DNA of 64,000 nucleotides, taken from NCBI RefSeq assembly GCF_000143415.4, contig NW_003314391.1:62001-126000 (forward strand). The letters run 5' to 3'. The notes below the pieces were generated by a model. The model did no database searches. It saw only the letters and a program-made list of their open reading frames with translations, and was not told where the DNA came from. Numbering within the stretch: the stretch's first letter is position 1; every line of letters starts with the position of its first letter. Position numbers and translations under genes: made by a program. The DNA is from Selaginella moellendorffii (taxonomy: Eukaryota > Plantae > Lycopodiophyta). This document shows, piece by piece, positions 13,379 to 24,739 of the stretch.

Positions 13379-14368
13379 CTACAGAAATCCCTTCTCTTTG
13401 AAGCTCTCCACTGAATCAAACAGACACTTCCCAATGTTTATCAGCTCTGATTCCAGCAATTGACGGGCTTTGGCATTGCATATCTTGTATGGAACGGCTT
13501 CAGGATTTTTGGTGTCTGAGCAGATTTTAGGAACTGGGAGCTGCGGGTACAGCTCTGCCAGCATTTCCACAAGCCTCGCCCTGTGGATCGATCTCTCTGC
13601 CAGAAAATACCTCCCAAATGCTTTTGGATCTTCGAAAGCCGCAACATGAGCCAGTGCCACATCCCTCACGTCCACATATGCCTGGCAGCGATTTGCGTAG
13701 CTCTTCACGCATCCGGTCAGATACTTGAGAATGTGGGTGCTGCTCGCATTCAGCTTGGGCTGAAGAACTGGACCCATCACGACTGCTGGGTTGATCACAA
13801 TCAGTTTGAAACCATTGCCTTGGGCAGCAGCGAACTCCCATGCGGATTTTTCAGCCAGAGTCTTCGCCAGGCAGTACCACTCCTTGATCTGGACAAGGTA
13901 CTCCACATCGCTCCAGCATGATTCATCCACTGGCTGCTCCAGAGGCCGAGTTGGATCCAAATACATGGCACCCACCGAGGACGTCATCACAACAGTGGAA
14001 ACTCCAGAACTGAAGCTGGCTTTCAGGACGTTGAGTGTGCCTTTCACTGAAGGCTCGATCAGCTCGGTCTGCGGATTAGTAATTCGGAAATTCGCCTCTG
14101 GACAGGGGCATGCCGTGTGGATCACAACTTGGCAACCTGCAGTTGCCGCGACTAGGCTATTGTCGAGCAAATCAGCTTTTACGAGCTCCAGCCTCTGGTT
14201 GGCCCCCTTGAGATTTTTGAGGTGTTCCACCTTGCGCAAATCCTCTGGATCTCGGACTGCTCCACGTACAGTATAGCCTTTGTCAAGGAGGTATTTGACA
14301 ATCCAGGATCCAATGAAACCCGATGCTCCAGTGACACAAACCATCATCCCTCGCAACTGAGCCATCAT
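13379..14368 (-). CDS. Cinnamoyl-CoA reductase-like NADPH-dependent reductase (CCR/DFR extended SDR family), intronless
   Basis: VCVTGASGFIGSW Rossmann motif, TSSVGA, EWYCLAKTLAEK (canonical CCR has NWYCY), YVDVRDVA. TATA ~35 bp upstream. Confidence 0.93.
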   Translation of the reverse strand: MMAQLRGMMVCVTGASGFIGSWIVKYLLDKGYTVRGAVRDPEDLRKVEHLKNLKGANQRLELVKADLLDNSLVAATAGCQVVIHTACPCPEANFRITNPQTELIEPSVKGTLNVLKASFSSGVSTVVMTSSVGAMYLDPTRPLEQPVDESCWSDVEYLVQIKEWYCLAKTLAEKSAWEFAAAQGNGFKLIVINPAVVMGPVLQPKLNASSTHILKYLTGCVKSYANRCQAYVDVRDVALAHVAAFEDPKAFGRYFLAERSIHRARLVEMLAELYPQLPVPKICSDTKNPEAVPYKICNAKARQLLESELINIGKCLFDSVESFKEKGFL

Positions 14369-14979
14369 CCCTCACGTCTGGTGTTTACTCTCAACATTTC
14401 TATTTATAAGACCTGAAAAATTGGATCATTGTAAGTAATCCAAAACTTGGAAGGTCAAATAAAAGAGGCGCAAGAAGATCTTTTATTCGCAAGAAAGTTC
14501 AAATTTTTGGGTGGGTGGGAGAGATTCCGGGTCCTCCCATGTTATAGGATTCGTGCTGTGAGGGCTGAATGTTGCGAGATCTACTGAAACGAACATCCGG
14601 GTCGTCCATCATAGTGTTTGGGCCGTCCTGCCCAGGAAGGACATCAAGAATGTTTCTTGAAGGAGGTAGATGTAAGGTCAAATAAAGGAGTGATTTTCTC
14701 CCATGCTATACATATGTAGCTTTTGCCTGGGATCCGCCCTGAGCCACAGCATGCCATCCCCCACCGCTCTTATTATCACTCTGGAGGACAGAATGAGGCA
14801 TAAGAACACTGCCTGTAAAAGACTTCACTTGTAAAACTACCACCTGTAGTCATTCGGCCCTTGTCAAGCACAAAGATCTCAGGCTCGTGCTTTCAAGGTC
14901 CGTCACATGGGCAGCTCTGTGAATACTTGCTGGTGTATAAATTCTCTACGGCCCTCGTCTCAGCTCTGCCTCACCAATA

Positions 14980-16766
14980 ATGGATGTCATCTCGGTTCTT
15001 CTTGTCGCACTCGTGCTTGCATTTTCTGTTCTATGGATGGTGTGCAGCTTCCTCATGCGCTACTATTGGGTGGCCAGTGCTCTCCGTCCAGTGATGGAGA
15101 AGCAAGGCATACGAGGCTCACCCAATCCTCCGAATCCCATCTTTGATGTTTTCTATGGGAAGCCTGACATGAAGGAGATCAGCCACGATATTCTGCCTCA
15201 TGTTCTTCCCTGGGCCGCACAGCACATCAAATTCTATGGTGGGATTCAATTTAATTTCACAACATTATTAGTGTACTTTCAAATTCACTTTGACTTTCAG
15301 GGAACGTACACTTGAACTGGTGGCTGCGGGAGCCCCGGATTGTGATCTCAGAGCCCAAGATAATATGGGATCTGTTGATGAAGAAGCACAAGGATTTCGT
15401 CAAGTCCCACTTCATCAAAGTCTTTTCTGATGATATCTTTCATAAGGGTCTCTTCCATGCAAATGGAGAAGATTGGGCCCGGCAGAGACAGATTGTAGCG
15501 CCCAGATACTACATTGACGAAGTCAAGGTGATACTCCATTAACAAAGTCAAAGTCTAAGGTTGACTGAACTCTATTGCACAGGCAATGGTTGGAGCTGTG
15601 AACAATGCAACAAGCCAAGTCATGGCAAAATGGGAAGCCTTTGTGAAGGACAGTGGAGACGTGGAGAGGGAGCTGGATGTTCAAGTTGAGTTCATGAACT
15701 TGAATGTGGATGTTGTAGCGAGGACAACACTGGGGTTGGAAAACAGTGACTTTCAGAACATTCTCAAGTATAGCATCACATTGCTCAACCTGCAAGATGG
15801 TCAAGAGACCTGGAGCTGGTTACCATTTGCCAGGTACAGGTGGCTTAAGGAAAAAGCATATGAACTGTACTGACTTACGGAAGATATTGTGGTGCAGGCT
15901 GATCCCCTTCGGTATAAACGTTGAACGGTGGAAAGTACGGAAACAGTTTAATGACCTTGTTCGTAAGCAAGTGAGAGAGAGAAGAAAGAGGACGACAGGC
16001 AATAACGTTGATTTTATTGGGATGCTCTTGGATAATCCAGATGTTAGAGAAGACGTGATTGTCGCCGAGTTGAAAACACTCTATGCTACAGGGTTTATCA
16101 GCTTGGCCCCACTTCTCTCATTCACAATGTTGATGCTGGCTCTCTATCCCGATTGGCAAGAGAAGGCAAGACAAGAAGTTGACCAAGTTCTGGATGGAGA
16201 AGTTGACCAAGTTCTGGATGGAGAAGTTGTTAGTCCCAAAGATGTCAGCAAGCTAACCACGGTAACCAGTTAATCAGATTTGTCCTTTGATCCACATAAC
16301 TGAGCTTGCTGTATGGTTCTTGTTTGTGCAGATTGAGATGATTCTGCGAGAGACATTGAGGCTGTATCCCACAATGCCGCTCATCGCCAGGGTGTGCATT
16401 AAAGACACTATGCTGGGGGACGTGTTCATTCCCAAAGGACTGGGGGTGAGCGTTAATGTCGTTGCGCTGCATCATGACCGAGATCTGTGGGGAGATGATG
16501 TAAATGAATTCAACCCATCCCGCTTCAAGAATGGTACTGCAACTGCAGCCAAGCATCCCATGGCGTTCATGCCATTTGCCTATGGAGTTCGAACCTGCAT
16601 TGGAAGGGCCTTCTCTGAGATGCAGTGCAAAATAATCATTGCTAACATCCTTCAGAGATTCGAGGTTAAATTGTCTCCAAATTACCGGCACCACCCAGTC
16701 ATTACAGGACCCCTGATCCCAAAGCATGGCATGCCTGTCATACTCAAGCCAAGGCGGAACTTCTAA
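14980..16766 (+). CDS. Cytochrome P450, CYP72-clan-like, 511 aa; exons 14980-15238, 15301-15527, 15583-15833, 15898-16261, 16332-16766
   Basis: N-terminal membrane anchor, WARQR, WQEKARQEV, ETLR, FNPSRF, heme motif FAYGVRTCIG. Four phase-consistent GT-AG introns. TATAAA at ~14936. Confidence 0.93.
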
Positions 16767-16809
16767 GACAAAAAGATTTTAAAATAAATCTGTTTAGATA
16801 TAAAAACCT

Positions 16810-17570
16810 TTATTCATGTCCAGAAAATAACACTCGGCATTTGCTCTGAGAATCGTGTTCCACGGACGGAGGGGCAACAACATCGATCTGACCTACCCTT
16901 CCATGTACATGTTGGCCAGGAGAATGTAGCCAGCTGAATCCATAGTGGCACAGATAGCAGCCCGCGAGAGAAACCAGCACGAAGGGCGTTGAACAGATCC
17001 TCGGCAAAACAAGAAACTTCCCCAACTCATTCGTCTCACCTACCTGTCACTGAAATCTGTCCAGCCTTCTCGTAAGGATCATAAGGCAGCAGCTTGTGAA
17101 CATCCGGCCACCCATTGTCGATGCAGTCGACGATGTGGGATCTTCTTGTACACCGGAATTGCCTGCAGAAGCTCCTTGCTCTTGTCTCCTCCTGGTGATG
17201 GTGCTCCACACCCTTGATAGTCAAGGGATACTGATCTCGCAAGCCGAACATGCTCGGCCAGAAATTGAGAACTTGCGAAGCCGCCGTAAACCCTGCTCGA
17301 TCCAGATGCCCGTAGCCTGATCGTCCGGGCGATTTCATCCCACTGCGGCATCAGACTCAGCAGATATAGCTTGATATTCCCAGCGGATACGTTTTGCCAC
17401 ACAGTCTAGGAGACTACATCCTTCTTCGAAGCAATCGCAAAGAACAGGGATTCAGTCCCCTTCTCCGCAAATGCCAGAAGCCTCGTGGTGAATAAGACCA
17501 GGCTTTGGCAGGGCATCGAATCGAACACACCGTCCCAGATTGCAGGTAGCCAATTAGAAGCAAGCTTTTT
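16810..17570 (-). pseudogene. Degraded PPR gene remnants
   Basis: Frameshifted motifs VFDSMPCQSLVLFTT, KDVVS*T and EQMPSVIFWT. Confidence 0.55.
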
Positions 17571-17616
17571 GTAGGATCAAAAGTCAGCGCTTTGAACAAT
17601 ATACTACTCGGGACTT

Positions 17617-19235
17617 GCCTGTTGCAATTGGAAGAGTTGAAGTGCTTGCCTCACATCCATCTGCTGGGGATTCTGCTCATACTATGATCTCCAAAGCTTT
17701 TGGATTGCCAGATGCTGCTATCCAAGAATCCAATAATAATCCTTCCCAGCTCCAGCATACATTTAAATGTTAGATGGTAATGAATAAATTTAGAATATAC
17801 TTTGATATTTTGGGATATTTTATCAACTAATGGTTGTTATTTATTTAGATTAATTCTGTATTTATAATATATAAATAACTTTATAATTTATAAACTTTCA
17901 TAAACACTTTTAAGTATATTCTAGTTTATTCTACCTTCTAATAGTTGATATATAATAAGATTAATCTTGTGTTATAAATTATAAATATGTTAATTAATTA
18001 TAAACTTCCATTTGATCAATTGGATAATAAATAGAATAACACAACTATTAACTTAAGCAAACAAAGCATTTCTATGCGATGACTAGTATGTTTATTTGTA
18101 TAAGATTATTATTGCAATTTAAATGACTTGTATTATAACAAGTTTTTATGCTTAAGAAAATATAGATAATATTTATCTCACATGTTTTCATTGAAACAAA
18201 AGTTGTTGTTATTTTCAAATATTATATAAGTTATTAGTGTCAGGAGCATGTCATTGAAAGAAGGGAAAAAAATAAACTACCAATAAAATATTAAAGAAAA
18301 AATAGATTTGTGCTAAATGGATCAGTCCAACCTCAAACTAATCCAAAAACCTAATTTAAATTTAGAATCAATATATGATAACAGTTCTTGAGTTCAAATC
18401 CCATCAACAAATGTTTAAATTAAAAACGCACTTCATACCAAGCACTAATAAGCAATTTAAGTGGTGTAAGACTTAGTTTGCATAGATATTGCTAATAAAA
18501 ATTTATAATCAACTCAAAAAAATAAAAGTGAGAATTAGACTCCTTTAGCACATATGAATTTGGAGTCAAAGTACAATCCTATTGCATTACGAAATAAAGA
18601 TTAAATATACACTCAAAATCCCCTCCCTGCATTAGATAGTATTTGCTAAGATTATTCCCTATATTACTAAATGCACCACATGTGGTTTTGACTTTATACT
18701 TTATAATAAATCATCATAATTATCATAAGATAACCAAGGTGCAAAGCCTAACTCTTCAATATATGTGCCAAAAGTAATAAAGTGAGATCCGAGTTTCAAG
18801 GTTAACTAACTCTCAATATACAACCAATGAGCGAAGTAATAAGAGTACAGAATAACAGAGGATCAATATTAGAGTTAAACACCAAAAACAATATGGCCAA
18901 AAGTGGAATTTGACATTATTTTATAAATACTCCATATGGCAAGTCAAACTCAAAACAAAGATAAACATGCCCAGTAAGAAATTAGATAATATCTCAAGTT
19001 GGGTCAACCATGCCAAAAACCTCTTATTATACATTTAAAACCATTCCAAAAAACTCTTTCAGCCCTTAACTGAAGAGAAGATTGTGGTTTTCCCATCTTG
19101 CTTCCCAAGTATGTTGAAGAGGTTTCCACTCTCATAATCCTTGATGACATTGAACCAAAGGTGGTACACCAGATTGCAATCTTTTTTCAAGTTTTCTTTG
19201 CAATCTCCTCAAAGTCCTGCAGTAAAAAACAATTT
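17617..19235. repeat. Left arm of a ~1.6 kb inverted repeat
   Basis: Near-perfect reverse complement of 20963-22523; AT-rich. Confidence 0.95.
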
Positions 19236-19352
19236 CAAATGTAAAACTATATAGCCAATACTACAAGAAACAGCCTTTGGGATGTTCTCACAGGTTAGCA
19301 ATTCGTTGATAACGTTTGTTTTGTTGGCTCACATTGTTTTTCTTTCTCTCAG

Positions 19353-19950
19353 GTGTCTACTTGTACAAACTGTGGTGGTGAGGGTGAAGTGATTTTCGAT
19401 CACTGCAGAAAATGTGGAGGCAAAGGAGGTATTCGACCAAAAAAAACAATCAAACTAAGTGTTCCATGTGGAGTTGACAGCGGGAGCACTCTCCGTGTTG
19501 CTGGTGGAGGAGATGCTGGAGAAAGAGGGTGAGCTTAAATCTTGTGCTTGTTCTATATAGTTTCTTTCTGATTGACTGTACCCTTTCTCAGTGGTCCATC
19601 CGGGGATCTCTACGTCAATCTTAAAATCAGAGACATGCCTGGAATTCGAAGAGACGGCATCAATCTTTACTCCGAGATCTCTGTGAGCTATACGGAATGT
19701 ATACTCGGGACAACAAAAAAGGTATGTTTCGCTGTTCTCTCGTATCTTAGTTGTATAAAACACAACTCTAACAGGTGAAGACGCTGGAAGGATTCTCGGA
19801 TCTTCGTATTCCTGCGGGAACTCAACTAGGGGCATGTATAACTCTTCCGAAGATTGGTGTTCCAAGGCTTCGAAAGACCTTATCTTTTTCTTCTTCTACA
19901 GTGCCGCTGAGAAAGAACTCGTGGAAGAACTGGCTCGTCTCGAGAAAACA
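19353..19950 (+). pseudogene. Type I DnaJ (Hsp40) gene fragment with introns, lacking the J-domain
   Basis: CTNCGGEG..CRKCGGKG zinc finger, VPCGVDSGSTLRVAGGGD, GPSGDLYV, RRDGINLYS. GT-AG introns retained. Confidence 0.85.
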
Positions 19951-20962
19951 TTGGCAAGTGTAAGCGTGTGTCATCCCCCATGTAAAAGCCAACAGTGGAG
20001 ATTGAATCGAGTTCTACCATCCTATCCACTGAAAGAGCTGTGTAAGGATTCCTTTGTTCGTCTGGCAATGGCTTTGACGAAACAATCTTGGTACTTTTGG
20101 CTACATTCCTAGGATCTCACAAATTTGGCGATGTCCTTATTAGAAGTTTTTAGTGCTTTAGAAAAATAACATGTTAACAATATATAAGGCATAGCTTCAT
20201 CAAATCTTAGGCATTGAGGAGACATGGTTGTTGGAAATTTTTTGTGGATGTTGCTCTCAGCCAATGGGAGAGCCTCACAGCTTGGGTCTTCAGTTAGACA
20301 AGATATTTAACACATGTCCAGTTGAGTTTAAAGGTGAACTTTGTGGGCCGCTAGATAGTGCCATCTGATGGGGGTGGGTTATAGATGAGAGGATAGTTGA
20401 AGCTGCTGGTGAGCTATTGGAAGACTTGAAGGATTGATACATCGAGATGCCTCTTGTGGCTATAAAGGTTTCCCATTGTGTCATATTCAACACGTTCAAC
20501 CACAGGAAGGTGAATGAAGATTGGGTTCAACAGTTGATGCAGTCCGTGCTCAAGAATCCACAAGTCCCGGACATTGGTGTTGTAATACCATATAAAAAAA
20601 AGGGGGGGGGGGGGCAATGCAATCCACATTACTCACTCGTTTCAAAGATGAGTACTTGGAGCGCTCCAACGTGAAGTTTCTCATAGTCTCCAGGCAACAC
20701 TTACGCCTCCCAACATGCCATAGAGTATCAAGGACAAGTTTCAGTTCCACATCGACTTCTTTTGAGAAGGTCATCACAATATCGTCTACAGCAAACACCA
20801 ACAAAAAGGAGTGGTTCAAGTCTTACATCTGGGAGATGCTTGAACACACTTGTTTCCATTGGAAGAAGTTGGATTGTCCAAGGAAGCTGGGCACTGGAAA
20901 AGCAAAGAAGGGGATTTCCTTTCAGGTTAGTCCAATCATGATAACAGGAGATCTCTTGTACT

Positions 20963-22523
20963 AAATTGTTTTTTACTGCAGGACTTTGAGGAGATTGCAA
21001 AGAAAACTTGAAAAAAGATTGCAATCTGGTGTACCACCCTTGGTTCAATGTCATCAAGGATTATGAGAGTGGAAACCTCTTCAACATACTTGGGAAGCAA
21101 GATGGGAAAACCACAATCTTCTCTTCAGTTAAGGGCTGAAAGAGTTTTTTGGAATGGTTTTAAATGTATAATAAGAGGTTTTTGGCATGGTTGACCCAAC
21201 TTGAGATATTATCTAATTTCTTACTGGGCATGTTTATCTTTGTTTTGAGTTTGACTTGCCATATGGAGTATTTATAAAATAATGTCAAATTCCACTTTTG
21301 GCCATATTGTTTTTGGTGTTTAACTCTAATATTGATCCTCTGTTATTCTGTACTCTTATTACTTCGCTCATTGGTTGTATATTGAGAGTTAGTTAACCTT
21401 GAAACTCGGATCTCACTTTATTACTTTTGGCACATATATTGAAGAGTTAGGCTTTGCACCTTGGTTATCTTATGATAATTATGAGATTTATTATAAAGTA
21501 TAAAGTCAAAACCACATGTGGTGCATTTAGTAATATAGGGAATAATCTTAGCAAATACTATCTAATGCAGGGAGGGGATTTTGAGTGTATATTTAATCTT
21601 TATTTCGTAATGCAATAGGATTGTACTTTGACTCCAAATTCATATGTGCTAAAGGAGTCTAATTCTCACTTTTATTTTTTTGAGTTGATTATAAATTTTT
21701 ATTAGCAATATCTATGCAAACTAAGTCTTACACCACTTAAATTGCTTCTTAGTGCTTAGTATGAAGTGTGTTTTTAATTTAAACATTTGTTGATGGGATT
21801 TGAACTCAAGAACTGTTATCATATATTGATTCTAAATTTAAATTAGGTTTTTGGATTTATTGGTAGTTTTTTTTTTCCCATCTTTCAATGACATGCTCCT
21901 GACACTAATAACTTATATAATATTTGAAAATAACAACAACTTTTGTTTCAATGAAAACATGTGAGATAAATATTATCTATATTTTCTTAAGCATAAAAAC
22001 TTGTTATAATACAAGTCATTTAAATTGCAATAATAATCTTATACAAATAAACATACTAGTCATCGCATAGAAATGCTTTGTTTGCTTAAGTTAATAGTTG
22101 TGTTATTCTATTTATTATCCAATTGATCAAATGGAAGTTTATAATTAATTAACATATTTATAATTTATAACACAAGATTAATCTTATTATATATCAACTA
22201 TTAGAAGGTAGAATAAACTAGAATATACTTAAAAGTGTTTATGAAAGTTTATAAATTATAAAGTTATTTATATATTATAAATACAGAATTAATCTAAATA
22301 AATAACAACCATTAGTTGATAAAATATCCCAAAATATCAAAGTATATTCTAAATTTATTCATTACCATCTAACATTTAAATGTATGCTGGAGCTGGGAAG
22401 GATTATTTGGATAGCAGCATCTGGCAATCCAAAAGCTTTGGAGATCATAGTATGAGCAGAATCCCCAGTAGATGGAATGCAACCTGTGAGGCAAGCACTT
22501 CAACTCTTCCAATTGCAACAGGC
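20963..22523. repeat. Right arm of the inverted repeat
   Basis: Reverse complement of 17617-19235, with a ~55 bp deletion near 21857. Confidence 0.95.
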
Positions 22524-22529
22524 GATGCA

Positions 22530-23313
22530 AGATTGTCCCGGTCCACAATACCAAAGAGAAAGCTTGGGATTTCCAACACCCTTCAAAGACTTCTGTGCAT
22601 CTGTCAGGAGGAACACCTTGTCACCCACCTTGAACTCCCAGTGCTGGCGATGTTCATTAGCCAATCACTTGTCTCGCTCCTAAGCTCGTCACATATTTAA
22701 CTTGGCCAACTCCAAGGTCTCTTGCATATGACCTAGAAACTGCTGAGCATGATGCACCTTGACCAATGACAAGCTGAGGTCCACTGGAGACTTTGGTTCA
22801 TAACCATACATCGCCATGAATGGAGACATCCCAATAATTGAATTCTAACCACTGTTGCATGTGAACTCAACCAACCACAACTACTGTTCCCAAACAGCAT
22901 GCTTCTTGAGATTCCTCACGAATGATCTCAACATGTCCTCTAACACCACTTGTTCCGTATGCCCATCAGATTGTGGATGCTCACCATTACTCATGCTTAG
23001 CTTCATCTCTAACTTCATGAATACTGCCTGCCAAAACTTTGAAGTAAACTCTGGATCACAATCACTGATAATATCGGCTGAGGCAAGCCATATAGACGGA
23101 AGAGCTCTCTCACAAACACTTGAGCAAGATCAAAAGCCTTTAACATCATCTTTACAAAGAAGAAGTGTGCCATCTTCACTAACCAATCCACAATAACCCA
23201 GATAACATCATTTCCACGTTGAGTGGTGGGCAATCCAATTACAAAATCCATGGAGATACTATCCCACTTCTACTGAGCTACTTCAAAAGGATGGTAGAGA
23301 CCAAGACTCCTTC
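22530..23313 (-). mobile_element. Ty3/Gypsy integrase fragment
   Basis: WDSISMDFVIGLPTTQRGNDVIWVIVD and HPQSDGHTEQ-like motifs; frameshifted. Confidence 0.88.
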
Positions 23314-23742
23314 ATGGCATTTCGCGAGGTTTTCTTCCTGTGTATGCTGGTCTCGACCCTCTCCATCACCCAGGTAAGAAACTCTCATTCAATTGTCCCG
23401 CAAGAAGCTCACAATTTGGATATCTTACTCTTACAGGCTTGCCAGTTTTCTCGATCCTGCACTGATATCACCTTCGACAGGAATTCGACCGTGATGAGAG
23501 CCATTTGCAGCACATCCAATATGGAAAGGAGGAACGCCTCCATCGATGTGAACAATTGCGTGGGCAGCAGCAATGGTGTCCTCGACTGCTCATCCAACTT
23601 TGCCTCACGATGCACCAACATCAGCTTCAATGGGCTCAACGTGGCTGCCCGTTGCAACCGCGGGGATGGCATTCTCGTCTCTTCCACTCGCAACCTCGAC
23701 GATTGCATCCAGAACGTCGAGGGAGTTCTCCAGTGCTGCTAG
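23314..23742 (+). CDS. Secreted cyanovirin-N homolog (CVNH) lectin, copy A; exons 23314-23373, 23437-23742; upstream region replaced by Gypsy DNA
   Basis: Signal peptide, then two repeats FSRSC..IDVNNCVGSSNGVL and FASRC..NLDDCIQNVEGVL. 63-bp GT-AG intron. Confidence 0.88.
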   Translation: MAFREVFFLCMLVSTLSITQVRNSHSIVPQEAHNLDILLLQACQFSRSCTDITFDRNSTVMRAICSTSNMERRNASIDVNNCVGSSNGVLDCSSNFASRCTNISFNGLNVAARCNRGDGILVSSTRNLDDCIQNVEGVLQCC

Positions 23743-24042
23743 ATCCTTTTGGATGATCAAACTATATCCATATGATGAATAACTGAGTGATCTCCCACAT
23801 GATCTCTCCTTGTTTGGCACGTATGTGTCGCTGTTCTGATCAAATAAAACTTACTCATGGAAGTTGTGGGTCTTTTAAGACAGACTGGAAAGTATTACTT
23901 GTACAACTTTTTTTCAATTTGCATAATGAAAATACTACAAAGACAAATCGATTTATATTAAATTAAGGTATATTATTTCTAATAAATGACAATTTCTTTC
24001 ACTTTAAAGCCTATGATCCCTCCTTATTAATGTGCCATTTCA

Positions 24043-24482
24043 TCAAGGATTAAAATCATAAATGTAGTCGACATGGGCTTGCTGCTCCTGATCACCAAAG
24101 ATGATTGACAACACACGATCATACATGTCAAGAATATTGTCTTCAAATACAGGATTATTTTACCTCTGGTTCGGCAATTTTTGGGGTGGAATTGGACAAT
24201 GGCGACCAATCCAGCTGATTAGCAATCCTAGCCATCACTGTAAAAGACAAAAAGTTTAAATCACGTATGAATCAGGTTACGTGCTTGGACAGACACACAT
24301 GCAAGCGAGTGCAGACATGGACCATGATGTTTCAAAAGAAACACAGAGATCATCAAATCCAAGCGAGGCATATTCAATCGAGATTGAAGAACAGGCGTAC
24401 CTGTTTCATTCTTCACTGGCCGAGAGGTCACAGTAGCAGCCACCAAGAGGACGAAGAAGAAAAAACTTAGTGCGCGAGACAT
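24043..24482 (-). CDS. Phytosulfokine-like secreted peptide precursor, 66 aa; exons 24482-24401, 24237-24164, 24087-24043
   Basis: Spliced product MSRALSFFFFVLLVAATVTSRPVKNETVMARIANQLDWSPLSNSTPKIAEPEEQQAHVDYIYDFNP*. Both introns are GT-AG and phase-compatible. Confidence 0.75.
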
Positions 24483-24739
24483 GATCTAGAGTTCCTCTTG
24501 CAAAGAAAATCTATCAAAGAGAGATCGATGATATGATCAGCGTTTGTGTTGATATCGTATATATGCTGCCGAGAAAAGGTCAAGCGCTGAAGAACCGCCA
24601 CGTCGACATGCAAAGCGGCAGTTTTGACTGGATGGCTGGAAACCAGACTTCCAGTTAGCTTTTCCCTCTCCAATTTTACTGGAATTCACTTGCGATAATT
24701 CTTTTCATATGCTAATGTTTATTAACTTCTGCACTTTCA

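Noticed and set aside
16810-17570. Possible fourth cluster enzyme (IDNGWP resembling the BAHD DFGWG motif)
   Set aside because: Other frames show PPR motifs, and there is no HxxxD context or continuous frame.
17609-22540. Pack-MULE call for the inverted repeat
   Set aside because: No 8-11 bp TSD, and the arms include gene-derived sequence.
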